This document shows positions 41,972 through 51,998 of a DNA stretch of 64,000 nucleotides, one piece after another. The stretch spans positions 352,001 to 416,000 of the forward strand of contig CBDBPB010000001.1 in the NCBI GenBank assembly GCA_965208615.1, in the 5' to 3' direction. A model generated the notes under the pieces. That model worked only from the letters and a program-made list of their open reading frames with translations, had not been told where the DNA came from and did not search any database. Source of the DNA: Spirochaetota bacterium. Lineage in GTDB: Bacteria; Spirochaetota; UBA6919; CBDBPB01. Position 1 is the stretch's first letter, and each line of letters begins with the position of its first letter. The translations under genes and the position numbers were made by a program.

Positions 41972-43207
41972 ATGGATAGTTATATACAAAGCCTCTTTGC
42001 CAATAGAATAGGCGGAAGTAAGTTCGGTAAAGATAATAAAATATATAAGTTCCAAAAAATCAAAATGGCAAAAGATCAGGCATTAAAGGATAACCCAAAT
42101 AAAGAGATACTCGATTTTGGCGTTGGTGAACCTGATGAAATGGCATATCCCATCGTAAGAGATAAACTAAAACAACAAACCGATATGCCTGAAAATAGGG
42201 GATATGCTGATAATGGTATAGAAGAGTTTAAAGTTGCCGCATCGGAGTATATGAAAAACGTTTTTGATGTTGATGTTAGTCCTGTTAATGAGATTAATCA
42301 TACTATTGGCTCCAAGCCAGCATTAGCCATGTTCCCAGCCATCTTTATTAATCCTAAGGATATTACTCTTGCTACTGTACCAGGTTATCCTGTTTTGGCT
42401 ACTCATACATCATGGTACGGCGGTGAAGTGGTAAACCTTCCTCTAACAAAGGATCATAGCTTTCTTCCTCAGCTGGATAAAATACCACAAAATGTCTTAA
42501 ATAAAACAAAAATATTAGTTTTAAACTATCCGAATAATCCTACTGGTGCTAATGCTAATAAGACTTTTTATAAAGAGCTAGTTAGTTTTGCCAAAGAAAA
42601 TAATATTATAGTGGTCCAGGATGCGGCCTATGCGGCTCTGGTATACAATAATAAGCCTTTATCATTTTTATCCGTTGATGGAGCAAAGGATGTAGGTGTT
42701 GAGATGCATTCCCTTTCTAAGTCCTTTAACATGACAGGCTGGAGACTCGGATTTATTTGTGGTAACCCATTAATAATAAAGGCATTCGCTAATGTTAAGG
42801 ATAACATTGATTCTGGTCAATTTAAGGCTATACAAAAAGCTGGTGTATCTGCATTAGGGGATATCTCTATCACTAAGAATATATTAAATAAGTATTCAAG
42901 GCGTCTTGATAAAATAGTATCAATACTAAACAAAAAAGGTTTTAATGCCAAAAAACCAGATGGAACGTTTTATCTATTTGTAGAAGCTCCAAAAGGTGTT
43001 AAGGGAGGAGTATCCTTCAACTGCGGAGAAGACTTTTCTCAATATCTTATTAAAGAAAAATTAATATCAACCGTACCATGGGATGATACAGGACACTTTG
43101 TACGCTTCTCTGCTACATTTGAAACTAAAGGCGATCTCATTACCGATGAAAAAAGGGTACTTAGTGAACTGGAAAATAGATTATCCGATATAGACTTTCA
43201 ATTTTAG
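41972..43207 (+). CDS. dapL: LL-diaminopimelate aminotransferase
   Basis: FANRIGG..FGK...YKF, NYPNNPTG and SLSKSFNMTGWRLG motifs. Confidence 0.82.
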   Translation: MDSYIQSLFANRIGGSKFGKDNKIYKFQKIKMAKDQALKDNPNKEILDFGVGEPDEMAYPIVRDKLKQQTDMPENRGYADNGIEEFKVAASEYMKNVFDVDVSPVNEINHTIGSKPALAMFPAIFINPKDITLATVPGYPVLATHTSWYGGEVVNLPLTKDHSFLPQLDKIPQNVLNKTKILVLNYPNNPTGANANKTFYKELVSFAKENNIIVVQDAAYAALVYNNKPLSFLSVDGAKDVGVEMHSLSKSFNMTGWRLGFICGNPLIIKAFANVKDNIDSGQFKAIQKAGVSALGDISITKNILNKYSRRLDKIVSILNKKGFNAKKPDGTFYLFVEAPKGVKGGVSFNCGEDFSQYLIKEKLISTVPWDDTGHFVRFSATFETKGDLITDEKRVLSELENRLSDIDFQF

Positions 43208-43250
43208 GCTATAATTATAAAGCAATAAACTAAGGTTAGGAGGTTTTCCA

Positions 43251-43490
43251 TTGAGTGATATACAAGTTGATATAACTTTAGATGCCAGAGGAGCCGCTTG
43301 TCCTGGCCCTTTGATGGAGCTTATTAGAGGTGTAAGAGCGGCTAATGTTGGTACTGTTATTGAACTTTTAGCTTCAGAAGAACAAAGTATCATTGATGTC
43401 CCTGCCTGGACAGAAAAAGTAGGAAATGAGTTTTTAGGTTTTAAAAAACATAAAAACCATTGGAGTATTATTGTAAAAAAGCTTAAATAG
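43251..43490 (+). CDS. tusA: TusA-family sulfur carrier
   Basis: LDARGAACPGP and DVPAW motifs; TTG start after AGGAGG. Confidence 0.85.
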   Translation: MSDIQVDITLDARGAACPGPLMELIRGVRAANVGTVIELLASEEQSIIDVPAWTEKVGNEFLGFKKHKNHWSIIVKKLK

Positions 43491-43541
43491 GTTATTTAGT
43501 TTATAAAGCTAGAGTTATAGGCTTATCATTAAGGAGTTTTA

Positions 43542-44921
43542 TTGTATATTCCAAGAGTTATCATTTCTGCACCGCAACGTAGTTCAGGTAAGACCACCAT
43601 AACTATTGGCTTATGTAATTCTATAACCAAAAAAAACTTAGTTGTACAACCATTTAAAAAAGGCCCTGATTATATTGACTCTATGTGGCTAACTACTGCA
43701 TCAAATAGGGATTGCTATAATCTCGACTATTTTATGATGGGTGAACAAAATATTATATCCTCTTTTGTACAAAACTCCAACAACTCCGATATCTCCATAA
43801 TAGAAGGAAATCAAAGCCTATATGATGGAATAGATTTAGAGGGTACTGGAAGTACTGCAAATTTATCAAGGCTTTTAGGATGTCCTGTAATCATAGTTAT
43901 AAACGCTAAGGGACTAAATAGAGGAATTGCTCCTATTCTATCCGGACTCATTAACTTTGAAACTGACGTAAATATAGCCGGAGTTATTCTCAATAAGGTT
44001 ATGGGACTAAGACACGAAAATAAGCTTAAACAGGCTATTAATCATTATTGTAATATCGAAGTAGTGGGTAGTATCCCTAATAATATTAGTCTTACAATTA
44101 AAGAACGCCATATCGGGCTTATACCAGCTAAAGAAAATAATAATTACAACAGCCTAATTAGCTCAATAACTAAAACTATGGATAAATACGTCAACATCGA
44201 CCGTATTATTGAGATAGCTAAGAATAGTCCTCCACTATCCTTTACAGGATCAAGAATTATAAACCTTAAAAGCACTAATAGCACGGTTAAAATTGGTGTT
44301 GCTAGAGATAGGGCTTTTAGTTTTTATTATCCAGAGAATCTAAAAGCTTTAGAGTATGCTGGTGCAGAGTTAATATTCTTCGATACCATTACTGACAAAA
44401 GATTACCCAATGTTAACGGTATATATATTGGTGGTGGTTTTCCAGAAGCCCTTATGGATAAGCTTGAGGATAACTTATCCCTTAGATTAGATATTCTAAA
44501 AGCTATTGATAAAGGTATACCTGCTTATGCTGAATGCGGCGGCCTTATGTATTTATCTAGGTCTATAAAGAAAAATGGTACTAATAAAAAAATGGTAGGA
44601 GCTATACCCTGTGATATCGAAATGCATAACAAGCCTAAAGGTCATGGATATGTTATACTAAAAAATACAGATAAAAAGTCATGGTTCAGGCTAAACCAAA
44701 AAGTATATGCCCATGAATTCCATTACTCACAAATAAGCACTATGGATAAAAAACTGGATTTCGCCTTTAAAATTATAAGGGGATACGGTATAGACGGCAA
44801 ACATGACGGAATTATATATAAAAATCTTTTAGCATTTTATACGCATATACACTCTATTTCGGTTCCTGAGTGGGCAGACTCATTTATTAAGTTTATTAAA
44901 AAGGTTGATTATAAAAGTTAG
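43542..44921 (+). CDS. Cobyrinate a,c-diamide synthase family, probably DsrN-type siroheme amidase
   Basis: SSGKTT, QPFKKGPDYID, EGN.SLYDGID, AECGGLMYL and HEFHYS motifs. Confidence 0.8.
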   Translation: MYIPRVIISAPQRSSGKTTITIGLCNSITKKNLVVQPFKKGPDYIDSMWLTTASNRDCYNLDYFMMGEQNIISSFVQNSNNSDISIIEGNQSLYDGIDLEGTGSTANLSRLLGCPVIIVINAKGLNRGIAPILSGLINFETDVNIAGVILNKVMGLRHENKLKQAINHYCNIEVVGSIPNNISLTIKERHIGLIPAKENNNYNSLISSITKTMDKYVNIDRIIEIAKNSPPLSFTGSRIINLKSTNSTVKIGVARDRAFSFYYPENLKALEYAGAELIFFDTITDKRLPNVNGIYIGGGFPEALMDKLEDNLSLRLDILKAIDKGIPAYAECGGLMYLSRSIKKNGTNKKMVGAIPCDIEMHNKPKGHGYVILKNTDKKSWFRLNQKVYAHEFHYSQISTMDKKLDFAFKIIRGYGIDGKHDGIIYKNLLAFYTHIHSISVPEWADSFIKFIKKVDYKS

Positions 44922-44928
44922 GTTACCG

Positions 44929-45939
44929 TTAATCTGTGATTACTAAATGATTCCATTTTAGTGGTTCATTTTTTAATATATCCCGAGAGGCTTTTTTACC
45001 AGTAATCAAATCCTTGTATTTGGGAGCTATACCCATACCAGGACGCCTTATAGATATAGAACTCTCTAATATAGTTGATCCTTTTAGTATATCAACTTGA
45101 GCAACTAAACTTTTTCTTGCTCTATCCTTTATTATAATTTCTTTTTCTGTTGGTTCTTTTATACCAGTTCCTAATGCTTTCTCTATGATACGGATTCTAT
45201 TAACCATTTCCTTAAAGTCATTCACCGATAAAGATAGCTTATGATCAGGGCCATCCATATTATTATCAAGAGTAAAGTGCTTTTCAATAACAGTAGAACC
45301 AAGGACTACCGCTCCTATAGGTATATCTATTCCAAGACTATGATCAGAATAGCCCACATCAACCTTAAATATATTATGCATAGTTTTTATAGCTAATAAA
45401 TTGACATCTTCTGGATCAGCAGGATAACTAGATACGCAATGTAATAAGGTTAAATTTTGATTATTATGGTTTTTAATTATAGTTACGGCTTCTTCAATTT
45501 CTTTTATTGTACTCATACCAGTTGACAGTATGATTGGCTTATTCTTTTTGGCAATATGTTTTATAAGAGGTAGGTTGGTCAGCTCGCTGGATGCTATTTT
45601 AAATGCATAAATACCAAGATCATCAAGAAAGTTACTTGACTCCTCATCAAAAGGTGAGGATAAAAACTTTATGCCCAAATTATTACAAAGATCAAATAGG
45701 GCTTTATGTTCATCAAAACCAAGTTCAAGACTCTTAAGGAGCTCATATTGCTTTTTGTCATCATTTTTAGATACAAGAGATTCCGCTTTAAACAACTGAA
45801 ACTTTACCGCATCAACCCCTATTTGTGAGGCCTTATTAACGAGAACTTTTGCAGTATCTAAGTTGCCATTATGATTTAATCCAGCTTCTGCAACTATGAA
45901 AACAGGTTTTCTTTTTTTATGTATATTAAAGTCCAACAT
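44929..45939 (-). CDS. neuB: N-acetylneuraminate synthase family (NeuB/SpsE)
   Basis: AEAGLNHNG, AVKFQ, LSTGMS, GYSDH and IEKHFTLD motifs; C-terminal SAF domain. Confidence 0.88.
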   Translation of the reverse strand: MLDFNIHKKRKPVFIVAEAGLNHNGNLDTAKVLVNKASQIGVDAVKFQLFKAESLVSKNDDKKQYELLKSLELGFDEHKALFDLCNNLGIKFLSSPFDEESSNFLDDLGIYAFKIASSELTNLPLIKHIAKKNKPIILSTGMSTIKEIEEAVTIIKNHNNQNLTLLHCVSSYPADPEDVNLLAIKTMHNIFKVDVGYSDHSLGIDIPIGAVVLGSTVIEKHFTLDNNMDGPDHKLSLSVNDFKEMVNRIRIIEKALGTGIKEPTEKEIIIKDRARKSLVAQVDILKGSTILESSISIRRPGMGIAPKYKDLITGKKASRDILKNEPLKWNHLVITD

Positions 45940-45942
45940 AAA

Positions 45943-46458
45943 CTAATATTTCACAATCTTTTTTGGATGAACTTTACTTTTATAATAATAAGTTTCCCTT
46001 CTTAGTTTGGATTTAGCAATCTTCCAGCTACCATCTATTTTTTGAAGATAATAATTTACCTCTCGCTTTTTAAAAATAGGTGTACGGTTATTCGAATCAT
46101 AATATTTAAAATGTAATATACAAATTGAAAAGGCAATCTTACCTTTTTTATCAATCTCTACTATCTCTACGGTAAAGTCTACAAGTCTCTTAAAGTAGTT
46201 TTTTATTGTTTGGTTAACCAATCCATTATTTCTGTTAATCTGCTTTAGCCTATTCTCATAAATTGTTTTTTCCTTGCCAGTAGTAAGCTTTATAATTTCC
46301 TTAAACTTACTCTGCCTAGAAGCAAGATAAAATCTGTTAAGAACTTTGGCTATAATCTTTTTTTCTAACTCTATATCAAACTTAAAAGAATAGATATTTG
46401 AATTGCTAATAAATAAGAATATCATTATCCCAGTAAAAGCAAATATAACCTTTTTCAT
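45943..46458 (-). CDS. Hypothetical secreted protein (NTF2-like)
   Basis: Signal peptide; C-terminal YYLQKIDGSWKI. Confidence 0.6.
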   Translation of the reverse strand: MKKVIFAFTGIMIFLFISNSNIYSFKFDIELEKKIIAKVLNRFYLASRQSKFKEIIKLTTGKEKTIYENRLKQINRNNGLVNQTIKNYFKRLVDFTVEIVEIDKKGKIAFSICILHFKYYDSNNRTPIFKKREVNYYLQKIDGSWKIAKSKLRRETYYYKSKVHPKKIVKY

Positions 46459-46807
46459 TTTTATATCCTTCTTAGTTGTATAATCACAAATTAAGATATT
46501 TTATCACTATAAAAAGTACTATATTAATATTTTAATCAAAAAAACAATAAATATCTAAATGCACTAAAATATATTAGCAATATTAATCGGCACTTTATGA
46601 TATTAATTAAATCTTTAAGTTTATAAGTCAAAGTTTACGATATTAATATAAAGACTTTGACTATATATAAGTTAATGAGTATCTTATCAGAGATAATAAT
46701 AAATTAGCTATTCAACTATATGCTTTTATTAACTATAATATTTAAAAATAGACTACTTAACTACCTTGAAGTATAATATCCTATACTAGGAGATTAAAAA
46801 AGTTAAC

Positions 46808-48589
46808 ATGAAAAAAAATAAAATAAAAAGAGATCAAATAGGACCAATTATCTTCAAAATAGATAAAGACATCCATAAATTAAAAAAACAAGAAGATAAA
46901 ACTATAGAAAAAGATAAACCTATAAAAAAAGAAAATATCTTTTTTAGAATATTAACGGCTATAAAAACCTTTTTAATTAAAAAGAATTTTATTAAATCCA
47001 GTACCTTCTTTAAAAAGATGCATACCAAAAAAACTATTGAAGAATTTAACTATATATTTTATGAATCAAATATTCAAAAAATTAGAGAATCTTTTCCAGA
47101 GTATATATATAAAATATATAATTCCTTAAATAATCTTAAAATGCTGTTTAAAGAACTGTTTATAAAAGAAAAAAATATCGATTATTATAATGATATTTTT
47201 CTATTTTACTTTATAGATAACCTCCTTATAAAAGAGGATAAACAAGTCTTAGACTCAATGGATATAGAATATTTTAAAAATATTGCCTCTGATGAAAATA
47301 AAGGTACTAAAACTCTAGAAGAAGACCTTTGCAAGTTAAAAGAAAGAATAATAGAAAATAATGAATTAGCTATTTATCACTACACAAGCTACTTTGAAAA
47401 ATTAATTCAAATACTAGACTTCGACTTTATATCCTTTTTTAAAACCTTTGATCCAGGGTTCAAAGAACATAATTATAGTCCTAAATTTCAACCTATCTTT
47501 GGAAAGCTCGACTTGGACAAAATTAAAAACCTAGACTCTTTTCTTAAAATTATAGACTTTGACTCTATACCAGAAAACGTTTTACTACACTTTAATGAAA
47601 GTATTAACGCATTAAAAACCTCTATAGAAAATAAACTAACTAAAAAAGATACAAAAAATAAATTAGAAATAGCTCCAAAAACCTTTCTAAAGACTATTGA
47701 AAGCGTTAATAGAAAAGATATTGAAGAACTCCATAAAACAATATACAACCTAAATAAAAAAAAGATTATAGAGGCACTTATAAGATTAGTTAGTCATGAC
47801 TTTGAATACGTTTCACCAGCCAAAACTCCTAAAGAAAAGTATATATTTAAAAAGTATATAAAGCTAACCCTTGAAAAAAAACGCTTTATATATTTAAAAA
47901 CGTATATGGATGTAGAATTTGCCCTCATGAAGCAAAAACTACTCAACTTTCTAAATCTTTCATCAGAAGAACAGTTGCCCACTGTAAACAACTATAATCA
48001 TAAAACAAATGAAAAACTAGCAGAACGTGGTTGTTACGGATTTAAAAATATACTGTTAGTGATTCTATACAAATCATTTTATGAATTATTATATAAAGAT
48101 GAAATAAGTAGAACCATAAAAAAATTACTAATAGAAGGAAACTTTATAAACAGACATGAACATAGTCTATTCTCAACGGTCTATTATAATCTAAGTAAAA
48201 CTAATGACCAATTTATTAACTTTGCTACTGAGGTAGGCGAAGGAGAAAAAGATATGGGTCAAATATTACGTTTTGCTTGGGGAGAGATATCTGATCCTAA
48301 CTTTCTCGTAATAGTATCCAAAAAAATAGTAGAAGTAGACTATAATTTTAAAAAGATTATACAAGAAGGACTTAAAAGCTATAACAAAATCCTGTTTTAT
48401 ATAAAATGGTGCATAAATGATTGGAAAAAACAAAATCCAACTCTACTATCTAATGCCAGAATAATAGGAAGCTCTGGAAATAGAACTCTATTTAACTCAA
48501 CTGTTAAGGCCTCTGAAAAACTAGAAAACTTAATAAAAATAATAAATTCTATACCACAGCTATCAAGCTTACTAAAAAGCGATAATTAA
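46808..48589 (+). CDS. Conserved hypothetical protein, resembles spirochaete DUF5312
   Basis: 593 aa; FDFISFFKTFDP..Y.PKF segment; AGGAG RBS. Confidence 0.55.
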   Translation: MKKNKIKRDQIGPIIFKIDKDIHKLKKQEDKTIEKDKPIKKENIFFRILTAIKTFLIKKNFIKSSTFFKKMHTKKTIEEFNYIFYESNIQKIRESFPEYIYKIYNSLNNLKMLFKELFIKEKNIDYYNDIFLFYFIDNLLIKEDKQVLDSMDIEYFKNIASDENKGTKTLEEDLCKLKERIIENNELAIYHYTSYFEKLIQILDFDFISFFKTFDPGFKEHNYSPKFQPIFGKLDLDKIKNLDSFLKIIDFDSIPENVLLHFNESINALKTSIENKLTKKDTKNKLEIAPKTFLKTIESVNRKDIEELHKTIYNLNKKKIIEALIRLVSHDFEYVSPAKTPKEKYIFKKYIKLTLEKKRFIYLKTYMDVEFALMKQKLLNFLNLSSEEQLPTVNNYNHKTNEKLAERGCYGFKNILLVILYKSFYELLYKDEISRTIKKLLIEGNFINRHEHSLFSTVYYNLSKTNDQFINFATEVGEGEKDMGQILRFAWGEISDPNFLVIVSKKIVEVDYNFKKIIQEGLKSYNKILFYIKWCINDWKKQNPTLLSNARIIGSSGNRTLFNSTVKASEKLENLIKIINSIPQLSSLLKSDN

Positions 48590-48594
48590 AAAAA

Positions 48595-49398
48595 CTATAT
48601 ACCTAAAACATCAGCCATACTAAAAAGTCCGTTATTATAGTTTTTTATCCATTTAGCGGCTAAAATAACTCCCTTAGAAAAAGTCTCACGACTATGAGCA
48701 ATATGACCTATTTCTATTCTTTCACCCATAGTACAAAAAACAAGTTTATGTTCACCTATAATATCTCCCGCTCGCATTGTAAGCATAGCCATTTGATTTA
48801 TAGAACGTTCACCAGTTATCCCCTCACGTCCATAAATAGCATCTTTATCTATATTTCGTCCGGAGTGTTTAGCGGCTATTTCTGCCAATTTTAATGCAGT
48901 TCCACTTGGAGCATCTTTCTTAAACCTGTGGTGAGCTTCTATTATTTCAAGATCATAGTCTTTATCCGTATTCAGAAGCGATGAAGCTAACTCAGTCAAC
49001 TTAAATAACACATTAACTCCAATACTAAAATTCGGAGAAAATACTATAGGGAATAACTTTGAATAATCCATAATCTTAGCTTTATCTTCGTTACTAAAGC
49101 CAGTTGTACCAATTATAAAGCCCTTTTTATGAGATAGATTAACTTCTAAAGCAGAAAGACTACTAATAGGATTAGTAAAGTCAATAACCACATCAGAATT
49201 AGATATAATCTCATCCAGTCTATTAGTAATAGAACAAATATTACCGCATCCAGCCATAGCTCCTGCATCTTTACCAATAAATGAGCTATCTTTATGTTCC
49301 ACAGCTCCCACAAGTCTAACATCGGAATCCCTAAGTGCAGACTGGATATTTGATATACCCATTCTTCCTGCGGCTCCTAAAATAATAAGTTTAGTCAT
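48595..49398 (-). CDS. dapB: 4-hydroxy-tetrahydrodipicolinate reductase
   Basis: GAAGRMG, IGTTG and EAHHRFKKDAPSGTA motifs. Confidence 0.96.
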   Translation of the reverse strand: MTKLIILGAAGRMGISNIQSALRDSDVRLVGAVEHKDSSFIGKDAGAMAGCGNICSITNRLDEIISNSDVVIDFTNPISSLSALEVNLSHKKGFIIGTTGFSNEDKAKIMDYSKLFPIVFSPNFSIGVNVLFKLTELASSLLNTDKDYDLEIIEAHHRFKKDAPSGTALKLAEIAAKHSGRNIDKDAIYGREGITGERSINQMAMLTMRAGDIIGEHKLVFCTMGERIEIGHIAHSRETFSKGVILAAKWIKNYNNGLFSMADVLGI

Positions 49399-49468
49399 AA
49401 TCTACCTCTACATTAAAACTTAAATGTTTATTGAATTATAAGTTATTCTTAGGATTAAGAATATATAG

Positions 49469-50530
49469 CTAAATAATGGTGGATTTCTTAAGAGTTTTAT
49501 ATACCTGCCTAAAATCATAAAGACCCGAGTTAGCAGGACAAAGATTATCCTCTATCTTAAGGGATAAACATAGATTACAATTTTCCATTGCAATTATTTG
49601 ATTAGCTTTTTTTACTTCTTTCTTACGCTTAACCTTATTTAGAGACGATATTGTAGAAATATCATCAATATTATATAAACTAATATTATCATAACTAGAT
49701 ATTTCTGGCTCTATATCTCTGGGTACCGCTAAATCAACTATAACTTTTTTACTCCCATTATTAAAGCTAGTCTCATGCTCTCTTGTCAGAATATAGTGAG
49801 GAGCAGATGTAGAGCTAATAATAACATCAGCGGATCTCATGCTATCATAAAGCCTGTCAATAGGAATATAACTAGAATTCATTTCTTCAGCTAAAAGAGT
49901 CCCAGTCTCATGACCACGATTGGATATCATAATATTTCTAACATCCTTTTTATACAAAGACATAGCAACAGACCTGGATATATCACCAGCACCAATAAGT
50001 AAAACATTAATTTTTGATAAGTCATCAAAATGATGCTTAATTTTATCTATAATTATCCCCCCAGTAGATAATGAACATTTGGATATCCCTGTTAGGGTTC
50101 TAACTCTCTTTCCTACATAAATAGCTTTTTGGAATATCTTATTAAGCCATTTTTTCGTTAGGTCACTTTGCTGAGCTAAAAGATATGCTTTTTTTACTTG
50201 TCCTAAAACTTCATTTTCACCCAATATTTGAGAGTCTAAGCCTGATGCCACCTGACAAAGATGATAAGACGCCTTAAAATCCTTTAATATATATAGCTTT
50301 TTAGGGGGATTATTATTAAATAAATGAGAAATAACCTTTTCTGAACTATGTTTAGTAAAAAAGTAGATCTCAAAACGATTACATGTAGAAATAGTTAGAA
50401 TCTCATCAACAATACAAGACTCTATTAGTTTTTTATTACGGTTAATAAGAACTTTATCTAAAAAAGCATACTTTTCACGCTCTTCTACGCTATGGGTCTT
50501 TGCATTAAGCCCAACAACATAAAAAGCCAT
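49469..50530 (-). CDS. hemA: Glutamyl-tRNA reductase (short C-terminus)
   Basis: STCNRFE, SGLDSQILGENEVLGQ, GAGD and DLAVPRDI motifs. Confidence 0.9.
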   Translation of the reverse strand: MAFYVVGLNAKTHSVEEREKYAFLDKVLINRNKKLIESCIVDEILTISTCNRFEIYFFTKHSSEKVISHLFNNNPPKKLYILKDFKASYHLCQVASGLDSQILGENEVLGQVKKAYLLAQQSDLTKKWLNKIFQKAIYVGKRVRTLTGISKCSLSTGGIIIDKIKHHFDDLSKINVLLIGAGDISRSVAMSLYKKDVRNIMISNRGHETGTLLAEEMNSSYIPIDRLYDSMRSADVIISSTSAPHYILTREHETSFNNGSKKVIVDLAVPRDIEPEISSYDNISLYNIDDISTISSLNKVKRKKEVKKANQIIAMENCNLCLSLKIEDNLCPANSGLYDFRQVYKTLKKSTII

Positions 50531-50740
50531 TCTTACCTCTTTTTCACTTAAAATATATATATATAGTTATATATCCCTTTTTTAAGATATTATAACAGTA
50601 TTTTAATCAATTTTAATATTATAAGTGTAGGATATATTTTATAATAACTATTAACTAAGAGCTTGTCAAGATATTTTTTTAATTCCAATAAAAATATATA
50701 AATATGTTTTTAGCAGTTTTAACAGCTAACAAAGTAGTCA

Positions 50741-51022
50741 TTATAGGCTATCTTTTGGATAAACTAACTTAAATGGTTTTATCTCATAACTCTTATATAT
50801 ACCATTTATATAAAATGGATCAGACTCAATAAACTTTTTAGCCTCATCATAAGACTCTAAATCAACTACAATTAAACTACCGGTTATATCAGTAAACGGA
50901 CCAGCCATAATCAATTTATTTTGTTTATATAGTACATCCAGCCTTTTAAGATGCTCTTCTCTATAAACAGGACGCTTTTTAACAGAATCCTTTTCATCCT
51001 GTGCTATTATAACGTATAACAT
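50741..51022 (-). CDS. YciI family protein
   Basis: R..HL, AGP, GSLIV and DPF motifs. Confidence 0.85.
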   Translation of the reverse strand: MLYVIIAQDEKDSVKKRPVYREEHLKRLDVLYKQNKLIMAGPFTDITGSLIVVDLESYDEAKKFIESDPFYINGIYKSYEIKPFKLVYPKDSL

Positions 51023-51042
51023 AATATTTCCTATTTATATAA

Positions 51043-51978
51043 CTAATAACTTTTTTTATCATCACTAAAAATATAAAAATCGGCTTGCTTTCTTCTAAAC
51101 AAATAATCGCTTATATTTACCAATTCACCCTCTGCCAGAGGAATAAGACTAATTAATGCTATATTTAATTTGGGAATCCTTGCTAATAAACTTTGTGGAA
51201 TAGCTATACCATAATCAGAATGAAACTTTCCAGCTATAACAATAACTTTATAATTCCCAAAGTCGTACAAAAACCTTGATATAGACTCCGCCATAGTCTC
51301 ATCCTTAACAATAGAAGCTAATAATAGTCTATTTTTGAGTCCTTTATTAACAGGATGATTAACAGGTAAGCTATTATAAAAATAATCTCTATAGACCTTA
51401 TTCTTAAAGTTAATACTTTTTGCAATATATTGTCTATCTCTCAAAGAAAGGCTTTGTAAATACTCTTTACCATGGTATACAACTTTCTTACTAATCCTAC
51501 TAGGGGTATTAATAGCAATAACCCTAATCTTATTTGTTTTAGCAAATTCTATTATAGGTCTATAATCTAATTTATAGTTAGTCCACGGACGGGCTTTATT
51601 AAGAAAAGTCTTTTCGTCAATATTACCATCAATATAGTCATCAATAAAAGGCTGAATATCTCGTTCAAACATCTCCATAGCAATAGCTATATTTTTATCT
51701 CTTTCATGAAGAGACTTTATTATTTTAAGCTCATAAAGATGCGCTTTTTGACTATTATGATACTCCCCCAAAAAAACTACAGCGGCATCACTTATATAAC
51801 TTATCATCTTAGAATAAGATATATAATCCTTCTCATAATATGAGAGTATTTTGTTATACAACTTATAACTAATATAATTATTATTAGATGCCTTAATAGA
51901 CTCTCTAGTACATGCAAAAATACTTATACATACCGCTATTATAACAATAGATTTTAGTGCATTCTTTATATTTTTCAC
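51043..51978 (-). CDS. ChaN-family (heme-uptake-like) lipoprotein
   Basis: FAC lipobox; LGEYH, AMEMF, YRPI, DETMA and AGKFH motifs. Confidence 0.8.
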   Translation of the reverse strand: MKNIKNALKSIVIIAVCISIFACTRESIKASNNNYISYKLYNKILSYYEKDYISYSKMISYISDAAVVFLGEYHNSQKAHLYELKIIKSLHERDKNIAIAMEMFERDIQPFIDDYIDGNIDEKTFLNKARPWTNYKLDYRPIIEFAKTNKIRVIAINTPSRISKKVVYHGKEYLQSLSLRDRQYIAKSINFKNKVYRDYFYNSLPVNHPVNKGLKNRLLLASIVKDETMAESISRFLYDFGNYKVIVIAGKFHSDYGIAIPQSLLARIPKLNIALISLIPLAEGELVNISDYLFRRKQADFYIFSDDKKSY

Positions 51979-51998
51979 TTAATAAATTATAAAATACT

